A stretch of 57,599 bases of DNA from positions 1-57,599 of IMG/VR virus record IMGVR_UViG_3300035136_000050; one strand, written 5' to 3'. Below the pieces are notes generated by a model. That model was not told the origin of the DNA. It saw only the letters and a program-made list of their open reading frames with translations, and searched no databases. Positions 38,928-48,096 of the stretch are shown in pieces. Made by a program: the position numbers and the translations under genes. Position 1 is the first letter of the stretch; every line of letters starts with the position of its first letter. The stretch is from a virus. Its lineage: Duplodnaviria; Caudoviricetes.

Positions 38928-40691
38928 TTGGTGTTGGGTGCAGGCGTCCGAGGGACGGGAAACAGGGCACATAATAGAACCTTATCTGACCTGGATAGGC
39001 GGCGGGTGCGGGCGGCGGCGATGGTGGAGCAGCGGCTGCGGGCGGCGCGACGGGACCGGGCAAAAGTGGACCTGTTGACGTGGACAATGTTGCACCGGCG
39101 ACGGCTGGGGCCGGGACGGTTGTTTGACCTGACGCAGCACCGTTATTTGATGGAGATTTACCGCGACCAGGCTGAGGAGATAGTGGTGATTAAGGCGGGA
39201 CAAGTGGGAGTGAGCGAATACGCGATCTCCTGGGTGCTGTGGGCGGCGGATATGCGAGGGGCAACAGGGTTGTATGTGTTCCCGACCGACACGCACGTGA
39301 GTGATTTCAGTGCGGCGCGGCTGGGTCCGGCGATTGAGCCAGAGGTGTCGCCGTATCTGGCGGACCTGGTGGTGGCGGCGCAGGGGAATAGCAAGCGCGG
39401 CGCTGACCGAGTGGGACTGAAACGGGTGCGCAATCGGTTTATTTATTTCCGAGGCGCGAAGGTGCAGCCGGACGGGCGAGCGCCTCAGTTGCGCAGTATT
39501 GACGCGGACGTGCTGGTGCTCGATGAATATGACGAGATGGACCGGCGAGCGCCGGCCATTGCCCGCGAGCGGCTGGGGCATAGCGCCATCGCCGAGACGC
39601 GGCTGATTTCGACACCCACATTCGCAAACGTTGGCGTCCACGCGGAATACCTGGCCAGCGATCAGAGATCGTGGCACGTGCGATGTATGGCCTGCGGTCG
39701 TTGGCAGGATTTGACGATTGATGACCTGGTGGTGGAGTGGGATGACCTGGGCAGGCCAGTGGCGTGGCACGAGGACGGGGATGGCAAGCCGTTTTTGGCG
39801 TGTAGGGCCTGCGGGGGTGAGATGGACCGGCTGGGACGAGGGGGATGGGTGGCGGCGTACCCAGGCCGGGCGGCACATGGGTATCATTTGAGCCGATTGT
39901 TCGCGCCTCAGCGGGCACTAGTTGTTCTCCTGGATGCCCTAGGCAGCACGGATGAGAGCGAGCGGCAGCAGGTTTATAACCAGGGCCTGGGGCTGCCGTA
40001 TCGTTCGCCCACCTCGATGTCGTTGGATGACGAGACGTTGGACAGGTGCAGGCGAGAATACGGCCTGGCGATTGGGGACGAGGAACCGGTGATGGGGGTG
40101 GACGTAGGACGGGCGCTGCACGTGGTGGTGCGCGAGACGCTGGAAGGCGGGGAGCGCCGGGCGCGGTTCATTGGCGAGGTGCCGAATTTTGAGGACGTGA
40201 CGCAGTTGATGAACTTGCACGATGTGAGGCGGTGCGTGGTGGACGCGCTGCCGGAGACGCGGAAGGCGAGGGAATTCCAGGCCGAGCACGGGCGGGGCGT
40301 GGTGTGGCTGGCGTATTATAGCGGCCAGAGGGCGGGGAGCCAGAAGGAAGCGGCGGCGCGCTGGAACGAGGGCGAGGGGACGGTGACGCTGGACCGGACG
40401 CGGACGCTGGACGCGACGTTGGGACTTTTTGCGACGGCGGCGCGGGGAGAGGTCGGGAACACATTGCCTGCGAACGCGCGGGATTTGCGGGATTATTACG
40501 CGCATTTGAAGGCGATGGAGCGCGTGTTCCGCGACGGGACGGACGGAAACCAGGTGGCGGTGTACGTGGAGAGCGGGCCGGATCACTATGCTCACGCGGA
40601 GAATTATTGTATGGCGGCGGCATTGGCCCCGGGTCCTGTGAAGGTGCGGACGTCGAGCCGGGTGGTGAGCGCGCGGGGGATGTTTGACTGA
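38928..40691 (+). CDS. terL: Terminase large subunit, lambda GpA-like (start may be 39021)
   Basis: KAGQVGVSE, LDEYD, ISTPT, CxxC...CxxC, GVDVG, DHYAHA. Confidence 0.9.
   Translation: MVLGAGVRGTGNRAHNRTLSDLDRRRVRAAAMVEQRLRAARRDRAKVDLLTWTMLHRRRLGPGRLFDLTQHRYLMEIYRDQAEEIVVIKAGQVGVSEYAISWVLWAADMRGATGLYVFPTDTHVSDFSAARLGPAIEPEVSPYLADLVVAAQGNSKRGADRVGLKRVRNRFIYFRGAKVQPDGRAPQLRSIDADVLVLDEYDEMDRRAPAIARERLGHSAIAETRLISTPTFANVGVHAEYLASDQRSWHVRCMACGRWQDLTIDDLVVEWDDLGRPVAWHEDGDGKPFLACRACGGEMDRLGRGGWVAAYPGRAAHGYHLSRLFAPQRALVVLLDALGSTDESERQQVYNQGLGLPYRSPTSMSLDDETLDRCRREYGLAIGDEEPVMGVDVGRALHVVVRETLEGGERRARFIGEVPNFEDVTQLMNLHDVRRCVVDALPETRKAREFQAEHGRGVVWLAYYSGQRAGSQKEAAARWNEGEGTVTLDRTRTLDATLGLFATAARGEVGNTLPANARDLRDYYAHLKAMERVFRDGTDGNQVAVYVESGPDHYAHAENYCMAAALAPGPVKVRTSSRVVSARGMFD
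38965..38991 (-). other. dif/lox-like site I (inverted)
   Basis: GGGCACATAA-TAGAACC-TTATCTGACC; upstream of ATG 39021. Confidence 0.82.
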
Positions 40692-41971
40692 TGAGTCTGA
40701 TTAGCCGATTTACGGCGTTGTTTCGGCGCGAGGACCAGGGCCAGGCGCGGACAACGAGCGACGAGGTCCCACGCCCAGCGCGGCCCACGGCGGAGTTGCG
40801 GCGGTTCCAGGCGGAGAAGGGACGCCGGGAGATCGTGACAGTCTGCCGGCAGATGTATGACGAGGACACGCGGGCCGAGGGGGTGTTGAAAACACTGGCG
40901 CGGGACGCGACGCGAGGCGGGTTTCAGGTGCATGTGTCGGAGGGGACCGAGGTGCAGCGGGCGCAGGACGTGGCAGAGGCGTTGATACAACGACTCAAAT
41001 TGTTCCAACGGTTGGACGATTGGGCGCGGTTGTCGCTTCGAGATGGGGATTCGTTCCTGGAACTGTCGGTGGATGAGGCAGGGCTGGTGCAGGAGGTGAC
41101 CAGGAAGCCGACGTTGGAGATGCACAGGAACTCTAACGACCGCGACCAGTTCGAGGACGCGACGCGGGCGTTTTGGTGGGCAGACGGGGTATGGATGGGG
41201 CAGGAAGCGCCGCGAGACGCGACGTGGTTCGCGAAGTGGCAGATCATCCACGGGCGGTGGAGCCACGACAAGGAGAGCAGGTATGGGCGACCGCTGTTTG
41301 CGAGCGCGCGGGGGCCGTGGAAGCGGGTGCGCGAGGGAGAGTTGGACCTGGCCGTGAGGCGCAAAACACGGGCGGGGATGAAATATCTGCACACGCTGGA
41401 CGGAGCCGACTCGACTGCAGTGGAGCAATATAAAGAGGATAACAAAGACGCATTGAATGACCCGTTCGCGGCGGTGGCAGATTTTTTCACTAACAATAAA
41501 GCCTCAATTCAGGCGATTCAGGGCGACGCGCGGCTGGGGGAAATCGCGGACGTGGTGCATCATATTCGGACGTGGTGGGTGGCCTCGCCGGTGCCGATGT
41601 CTCTTTTAGGCTATGGCCAGGACCTCAATCGGGACGTGCTGGGGGAGCAGAAGGAGCAGTATGTTGAGACGTTGCCGGGGGTGAGCGATTGGGTGGGGAA
41701 TCAGTTCGTGGTGCCGTTGTTGGAGCGGCAGTGGTTACTGCAGGGAATCTGGCCCAAGGGGATGACGTACAAGGTCACGTGGGCAGTGAAGCAGGTGTTG
41801 ACGGCGGAGCGGTTGCTAAAACTGGCGCAGGCGCTGACGGCGATGCAGGCGACGACGTTGTTCGATAGCGAGACGTTGATCAGGATCGCGGCGCGGATTG
41901 TGCCAGGGCTGGACGTGGAGGCGTTGCTGTTGGCGATGGAGAAGGCACGGGCTGATAGACCGTACTATTAG
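40691..41971 (+). CDS. Portal protein
   Basis: Follows TerL; RDGDSFLE, IIH-R...RYGRP. Confidence 0.8.
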   Translation: MSLISRFTALFRREDQGQARTTSDEVPRPARPTAELRRFQAEKGRREIVTVCRQMYDEDTRAEGVLKTLARDATRGGFQVHVSEGTEVQRAQDVAEALIQRLKLFQRLDDWARLSLRDGDSFLELSVDEAGLVQEVTRKPTLEMHRNSNDRDQFEDATRAFWWADGVWMGQEAPRDATWFAKWQIIHGRWSHDKESRYGRPLFASARGPWKRVREGELDLAVRRKTRAGMKYLHTLDGADSTAVEQYKEDNKDALNDPFAAVADFFTNNKASIQAIQGDARLGEIADVVHHIRTWWVASPVPMSLLGYGQDLNRDVLGEQKEQYVETLPGVSDWVGNQFVVPLLERQWLLQGIWPKGMTYKVTWAVKQVLTAERLLKLAQALTAMQATTLFDSETLIRIAARIVPGLDVEALLLAMEKARADRPYY

Positions 41972-42003
41972 GGAGTAGGGGAGTAGGGAGTAGGGGAGTA
42001 GGA

Positions 42004-43167
42004 ATGGCCGAAATTAACGAGATTGCGCTAGAAAAATTACCAGAGGCGATCCAGGCGGCTCTTTTGAAGCTGCACCTGGTGGTGACGGGGGAAACGACGC
42101 GGCTGCTGGCCGAGTTTGGGACGAGCGCGCGGGGGGTGCTGCTGGGGGCGGCGGACGAGGACGGGAAGCTGGACGCAATACGCGGTTTTAGCGCGGTGGC
42201 CGAGGTGGAGCAGCGGTGGCGGGATATGTTCACGGCCTGGACAGCGATGTTTGAGGCGGCCAGGTGGCAGGCCGGGGCGCTGGCGTTTGGGGGGCTGGCG
42301 CGTCAGCACCAAGGGATGATGGGGCTGGGGGTGGACGAGGGGCGAGGGGCGAGGGGCGGAAAGCGGTTGTTGGAACAAGAGGACTCGTCGCCGGTGTTTG
42401 AGCCGCAGTTGCAGGCGGTGCTGGACGCGGCGAGCCAGCGGGTGTGGTCGGATGGGTTCCAGTTGAGCCAGAGGATTTGGCGGCTGGACCGGGAGAGCTT
42501 GGACGGGATTCGACGGACGCTGTTGAACGGGATTGCAAGCGGGGATAGCGCGTGGAAATTGGCGCAGGAGCTCGAGCAGTTCCTGGGAGCGGACGGGGAG
42601 TGCCCTCGATGGACCTCGACTCGGTTATACAAATTGACGCCCACGGAGCGGATGGTCAGCCGCAAGGGGTTGTTGTCGTCGGTGATGGGGACGCCGTGCG
42701 AGAGCAAGGGAGTGGCGTACAAGGCGTTGCGGCTGGCGCGGAACGAGATACAGATCGCGCACATGCGGGCGACGGACGCGATTTGGGGGAACGTGCCGTG
42801 GATTGAGCAGGAGCAGATCGTGCTCAGCCCGGATCACCCGCCGATTTCGTGCGAGTGCGAGGACGTGGTGGCCGGGGGGGAGAACGGAGACGGAGTGTAT
42901 CCGAAGGGAGAGATCACGCTGCCGCTGCATATTCAGTGAATGTGTTTCAAGGCGGCCGTGTTGATGCCGCCCGACGAGTTTGTGGGACGGCTGAGGGATT
43001 GGCTGGCGGGGGGAGTGTGGCCGGAGATGGATAGTTATGGGGAGTACGTGGGGGCAGAGGGAGAGGCGTTGGCGTCGCCGTCGCTGCTGGTGAGCTGGGG
43101 GGTGGAGCTGGTGACGTGGTTGTGGGGGGATGAGGCGGCGTTAAAGGGGGCGTTGGGTATTGGGTAG
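42004..43167 (+). CDS. MuF-like head morphogenesis protein with in-frame TGA at 42937
   Basis: RLARNE...H...CEC...PLHIQ*MC; ORF 42940-43167 continues in the same frame. Confidence 0.7.
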
Positions 43168-43293
43168 CGGATATTAGGTATTGGGTATTCTAGCCCGCTG
43201 GGTGCTGGGTTGGGATCGGGTACACCCCCCGGGTGTCCCCCCCGGGATCCCCCCCACCCTATCCCGCTCAGCACCGAGGGGGTTAGAACGGGG

Positions 43294-43327
43294 TGTTTGC
43301 GCGCAAACGTCGCGCGGCGTGCAAACA
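43294..43327. promoter_or_regulatory. parS-like palindrome plus half site
   Basis: Near-identical to 28120-28153. Confidence 0.55.
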
Positions 43328-43361
43328 TTAGAACGCAGAGCGGCGGAATGGGCGGATTTCA

Positions 43362-43388
43362 GGGCACATAATAGGGCATTATGTGAGC
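43362..43388 (+). other. dif/lox-like site J
   Basis: GGGCACATAA-TAGGGCA-TTATGTGAGC; followed by nested palindrome 43389-43420. Confidence 0.87.
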
Positions 43389-43437
43389 AGACCCTAAAGG
43401 TCTGACAGACCTTTAGGGTCGAGAGCAGGAGGGCAGG

Positions 43438-46086
43438 ATGAGCAAGCGAAAGGTTGAGCGCGGGAAGGCGTTGGAAGAGTTGGTGAAGGGATCGCTAAAT
43501 TATACGTTCTACGCGATCCGGCAGGCGTTTCGGACGCAGTTCCCCGATTTGAAATGGGATTATTGGGTGGAGGAGATTTTTGTTGATCACATCATCGTCA
43601 AAAATGAGGACCTCCCGGTTGACGAGTATTATTATGTCACCTATGCGCGCGACGGGGACGAATACGTGTTTGCCGACCGAGATGGTTGGGAGATCGTAGA
43701 ACTGACGTACCAGGTGCAAATGGCAGAGCGCCGGGAGCGGCCGGAGGGGGAGCGATTTACCGAGGCGATGGGGAGCGTGCGGCTGCTGGACGAGGGGAAG
43801 GACACGCCAGAGGGGCCGTGGCGCATCAAGGCCGTGGGAGTCACGGCGGACGTAGTGAATGAAAACGGGCGACGTTACCCGGCTCCGGTGCTCGATGCAG
43901 CGGTTCAGGAGCTGCGCTCTCATCTGCACGAGAGCGCGGGGCAGGGACGCGCATTACAGTTATATGGCGAATCGGAACATCCCAGCATGAAGGCGGCCCG
44001 GCGGCCGTTCCTTCCCGAGGTGGTCGTGAACTGGGACAAGGTGGCGTTCGACGGGCAGCAAATCCTGCTCGAAGGCAACCTGCTGGGAACGGCCAAGGGG
44101 AAGGACATCCGGGCGCAGATGGTGGGCGGCGTGGTTCCTGGCGTGAGCCAGCGCGCATACGGCGAGACGCACATTGTAAAAGAGGACGGCCAGCAAATCC
44201 AGGAGGCGGATTGGTTGATCATCACGGGCTATGACCTGACGGTTGAACCGAGCGATCCGGTTGCTGGCGTAACTATGTTTGAATCCAAGAAACGTCAGGA
44301 GGGCGAGATGGAACTGAATTTGGAGGTTTTGAAGGAGAAATACCCGGAGCTGGTGGCGGCGATTCTCCAGGAGGCGAATGAAAAGAAGCGCCGCGAGCTG
44401 GAGGAGGCGCTGGCGCAGAAGGCCGAGGAAGACGCGCACATCAAAAAGCTCGTCGCCGGGCGCGAGGCCGAGTTGCGCAAGGCGCTGGGGCTGGACGAGA
44501 CGGCGGACCTGGTGCAGGCCGTGGCGGGCCAGAAGGACCGGCTGGTGGAGCTTGAGGAAGCAAACCGGAAGCGCGCGGTGGCCGAGTACATCGAGGCGCA
44601 GATCGGGGAGATCAAAAACTACCCCGAGTGGTTGCGCAAACAGATGACCGAGGCGGTGCAGGAGCTGGCTCCGCAGACTGTCGAGGAAGCGAAAAAGGTC
44701 ATCCTGGCCAAGCGCAAGGAATACGACGGGATCATGGCCCGGGTGGAACTGGCGGCGCAGGGGCATCCGTCTGGTCTCCAGGTGCTGGGGCCGGTGTTGG
44801 AGCGGGAGACGGGTGTGCCAGCATACGCGGCGGCGTCGTGGCAGTTGCAGGAATCCATGCGGCGCAGCGGGATGGTGCGGACCTGGGACGCCAGGAAACC
44901 GGCCAACGTGAACGAAATGTTTGCCAAGTTGTACCTGGAGCGGTTCGACAAGGTCTACCAGGCGCATCTGGCCCGCGAACAGCGGGAATACGAGGAAGCG
45001 GAGCAGGCTAGTGACCTGAATCTGCCATACTCTGTGAGCCGGGCGGTGGTGGCCGAGGCGTTTCCTATGCTGGTGGCCACCAGCATTTTTGACTTTGGCA
45101 CGACGGACCAGGGTACGTTTCGATTGTATTACGAAACCTACGCGGGCGAGTCGGGCTATACAGGGACGGTGACGGACGAGGCCGTGACGGCGGATCACGA
45201 CGACTGGGTGGCGTTGGATTACAAGCGCGCCACGCCGGGGACGGTGGTGGTAACGAACTCGGGCGGGACCGTGACCTACACCGAGGGCAGTGATTACGTG
45301 GTGGATTACGCCAACGGGCAAATTATGGCTCTTTCGACCGGCAGTATCACCAACGCGCAGTCGCTCTTGGTGGATTACCAATACACGGCGATCCGCAAGG
45401 GCGAAATGGCGGCCATCGAGCGCGGGAAACTGACGTTGAGCTACCAGGTGGTGGACGCGGCGGCGGATCGGCTGGCGACGCAGATCAGCAGCGAGGCCAT
45501 TGTGTTCAGCCGCAGCCAGATCGGCTGGGACGCGGTGGCGCGGACGCTATCCAGCCTGGTGCGGCAGGTGCAGCGCAAGATTGACCAGGGCATCTTGTAC
45601 CTGGCCCTGGCCTCGGCGTTGCGCGTGGCGAACAACAGCGGCGGGACCTGGGATAGCGCGAACGACACCCTGGACGACCTGGTGCAGCTTCTGGGTCTGG
45701 CCAAGGTCAAAATCTACAATCGGTTCTATGAGCCGACATCATTCGTGATCAGCGCGACGAACGCGGATCGGTTGAGCAACTGGAGCGGGTTCAAGCGGGA
45801 CGGGTTCCCGGACGCGGTCCTGAACGCCAACGGGTTTGTGGGGCGCGTGAAAGGGTTGCCGGTGTTCCAGAGCACCGAGTTCAGCGACAGCTACGTTTTG
45901 CCGGTGAACCGGGAGCTGGTCATGCACCGCGTGTTCCAGCCGATGGTCATCAAGGGGCCGTATCCGTCCTACGACGTGAGCGGCGGGACCTCGAAGATCG
46001 TGGCGGCGGATCAGTATTACGCCGAGGAATACAACGTGAGCGCGGCTCCTGTGCCTGAGAAGGGCGCGTACATCGCGGTGATCTAG
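43438..46086 (+). CDS. Prohead protease-scaffold-major capsid fusion
   Basis: NENGRRY, GESEHP, GVSQRAYG, YDLTVEPS (T4 gp21-like); charged coil; capsid-sized C-terminus. Confidence 0.82.
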   Translation: MSKRKVERGKALEELVKGSLNYTFYAIRQAFRTQFPDLKWDYWVEEIFVDHIIVKNEDLPVDEYYYVTYARDGDEYVFADRDGWEIVELTYQVQMAERRERPEGERFTEAMGSVRLLDEGKDTPEGPWRIKAVGVTADVVNENGRRYPAPVLDAAVQELRSHLHESAGQGRALQLYGESEHPSMKAARRPFLPEVVVNWDKVAFDGQQILLEGNLLGTAKGKDIRAQMVGGVVPGVSQRAYGETHIVKEDGQQIQEADWLIITGYDLTVEPSDPVAGVTMFESKKRQEGEMELNLEVLKEKYPELVAAILQEANEKKRRELEEALAQKAEEDAHIKKLVAGREAELRKALGLDETADLVQAVAGQKDRLVELEEANRKRAVAEYIEAQIGEIKNYPEWLRKQMTEAVQELAPQTVEEAKKVILAKRKEYDGIMARVELAAQGHPSGLQVLGPVLERETGVPAYAAASWQLQESMRRSGMVRTWDARKPANVNEMFAKLYLERFDKVYQAHLAREQREYEEAEQASDLNLPYSVSRAVVAEAFPMLVATSIFDFGTTDQGTFRLYYETYAGESGYTGTVTDEAVTADHDDWVALDYKRATPGTVVVTNSGGTVTYTEGSDYVVDYANGQIMALSTGSITNAQSLLVDYQYTAIRKGEMAAIERGKLTLSYQVVDAAADRLATQISSEAIVFSRSQIGWDAVARTLSSLVRQVQRKIDQGILYLALASALRVANNSGGTWDSANDTLDDLVQLLGLAKVKIYNRFYEPTSFVISATNADRLSNWSGFKRDGFPDAVLNANGFVGRVKGLPVFQSTEFSDSYVLPVNRELVMHRVFQPMVIKGPYPSYDVSGGTSKIVAADQYYAEEYNVSAAPVPEKGAYIAVI

Positions 46087-46192
46087 TTTTACAAGCGCGG
46101 GGGCGGGGTGGCCTCGCCCCCTGTTGTTCCTTCCTTCGGCAAGCTCAGGATGAGACGCGGAGGGGCAGGACGGATTTTTGGGAGGTAGGAAG

Positions 46193-46867
46193 GTGAAATC
46201 GAAAATCAGGTTGTTGACGACGGTGGTTTTGAGCGCGATGCTGGCGCTGGTGTTGATCGGGGCGCTGGTGGCGTCGTCGCCGACGGCGAGGGCAGAGCCG
46301 GGAGCGCCGGAGCCGGGGACGGTGGCCGGGATACGGACGTTCGAGTTTTATCCGGCGACATACGTCAGTGGGGCGAGTGGGACGGCGTATTCGTCCAGTC
46401 CTCGATATTACTATGGCCAAGACATGACCTATTCGAGGAATTGGCACAGCGCGGACGTGTTTGTGACGGCGGACGTGAGCGGAACGGCCGCGGTTACGGT
46501 GACGGCGCAGTATAGCCCGGACGCGACGAACTGGACGGACGCAGAGTTTTTAAGCGAGGGCTGGGTGTTGCCGTTGACATACGAATCTACTGTCACGAAC
46601 ACCGCGACTATAACGAATAGCAGCGGGGTCACGAGTACGACGACGTCCACCTCGACGATGACGACGACGGCGACGCATTCGTTCAGCGGCTCGACGGCGA
46701 CGAGGTCCAGCGAGTGGGTGAAATACCAGACAAATCTTTCGACTGACGCCACAGAGTTTTTCCGGCTGCCTTTGGCCGGGGAGTACATGCGGTTCAAGAT
46801 CGAGTACGCGGCCAGTGTGACCGAGGGTGTTACTGTCACCATCAAGTCCACGTTGCGCAACGATTAG
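46193..46867 (+). CDS. Signal-peptide protein with Thr/Ser-rich insert
   Basis: Hydrophobic leader ending ARA; beta-rich body. Confidence 0.65.
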   Translation: MKSKIRLLTTVVLSAMLALVLIGALVASSPTARAEPGAPEPGTVAGIRTFEFYPATYVSGASGTAYSSSPRYYYGQDMTYSRNWHSADVFVTADVSGTAAVTVTAQYSPDATNWTDAEFLSEGWVLPLTYESTVTNTATITNSSGVTSTTTSTSTMTTTATHSFSGSTATRSSEWVKYQTNLSTDATEFFRLPLAGEYMRFKIEYAASVTEGVTVTIKSTLRND

Positions 46868-46948
46868 ACGAGCGGCGAGTCAGCGAGTCAGCGAATTGGC
46901 GAGGGGGGCGGGGTCTCCCCTCGCTTGTGGATATAGACGGAGGACGAT

Positions 46949-47278
46949 ATGGTTACGGTGACGTACATTGGAGAGAATCCGTTGCCGGTTTTTGGCCGGT
47001 TGATGCTGCCGGGGGAGCGGCGGGAGTTGAATCCGAAGCAGGCGGCCTGGCTGGACGAGGAATACCCGGGGCGGTTCGAGTTTGCTGTGGATGGCGAGGT
47101 ATTTGTTCAGGCGGTTCCTGACACGTCTGTGGACATAGACGCAACGGACGCGGCGACGCGGCTGGCTCAGGTTGCGGGGATAAAACTGGCCGACGTGGCG
47201 GCGGGGCTAGAGCCGGGAAAGCGCGTGGGGAAGCCGGACGTGGATACGTTTTTGAGGGAACACGGATTGGCGGAATGA
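46949..47278 (+). CDS. Small protein with E3-binding (PSBD)-like domain
   Basis: ATDAATRLAQVAGIKLADV...GKRVGKPDV. Confidence 0.6.
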   Translation: MVTVTYIGENPLPVFGRLMLPGERRELNPKQAAWLDEEYPGRFEFAVDGEVFVQAVPDTSVDIDATDAATRLAQVAGIKLADVAAGLEPGKRVGKPDVDTFLREHGLAE

Positions 47279-47285
47279 ACGGATA

Positions 47286-47312
47286 GGGCACGTAAGCGAT
47301 TATTATGTGATC
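47286..47312 (+). other. dif/lox-like site K
   Basis: GGGCACGTAA-GCGATTA-TTATGTGATC. Confidence 0.85.
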
Positions 47313-47326
47313 TGTGGAGAGTGCGT

Positions 47327-47590
47327 ATGGCAACATTAGCAGATGCAGATCGTTTGGCCATCTGGGCGGACGTGATGAGGGACCTCAGCCGGTCTCATAT
47401 AGAGATTCCTATCAATAACGTGGATTTGCGCTCGTTGATCAATTTCATGGACGTGCAGTTGGAGAGCGCCGAGACCAGTATTTTTACCGCGTTGCCGGCA
47501 GGCGAGGGCAAGGCCTGGTTGCTGGCGCATCCTGAACTGGGGCGGGAGTTGTTGGCGCGGATTGAGCGCAAACGACGGGAGACGTTGTAA
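47327..47590 (+). CDS. Hypothetical protein
   Basis: GGAG RBS; coupled to next gene. Confidence 0.6.
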   Translation: MATLADADRLAIWADVMRDLSRSHIEIPINNVDLRSLINFMDVQLESAETSIFTALPAGEGKAWLLAHPELGRELLARIERKRRETL

Positions 47591-48096
47591 TGGCCAGCGG
47601 CGATGCAGTGGTGCAGGTTCTGGAGATCATACCGCCTGGCGCGAACGGGGCGTTGTTCGATTTCCGCGTGGGCGGCAGCACGCCACCGGAGGCGGTGCCA
47701 GTTTATGATTTTCCGGCCAACGCGTATGCGTATCTGGATTTCAAATGCAGGTTGAGCGGGTACGATGGCAATGGATTAACGCTGGCTACGCCGTGGTCGG
47801 CGTCATCGGCAACGAGTGGACAGGTGCGCTGGGGAGCCGCTATCAGACGTATAGCTGATGACGCGGAGGATATTGATAATTCTCACACATACGATTACAA
47901 CGAGGTGAGCGACACTGCGCCGAGCGCCAGCGGCGAGGTGAGTTATCCAACGATTACGTTTGCGGATGGCGTGGACATGGACAATTGGGATGATGGGGAG
48001 CTGGCTATTGTGCGCGTGTACAGGCATTATGACCACGCAGACGATAACATGAGCGGGGACGCCGAGTTGTGGAATCTGAGTGGAATTGAGAGCTGA
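47590..48096 (+). CDS. Hypothetical beta-rich virion protein
   Basis: Coupled; structural region. Confidence 0.6.
   Translation: MASGDAVVQVLEIIPPGANGALFDFRVGGSTPPEAVPVYDFPANAYAYLDFKCRLSGYDGNGLTLATPWSASSATSGQVRWGAAIRRIADDAEDIDNSHTYDYNEVSDTAPSASGEVSYPTITFADGVDMDNWDDGELAIVRVYRHYDHADDNMSGDAELWNLSGIES

Noticed and set aside
42937-42939. Genome-wide TGA recoding
   Set aside because: Many genes end in TGA with normal ATGA coupling
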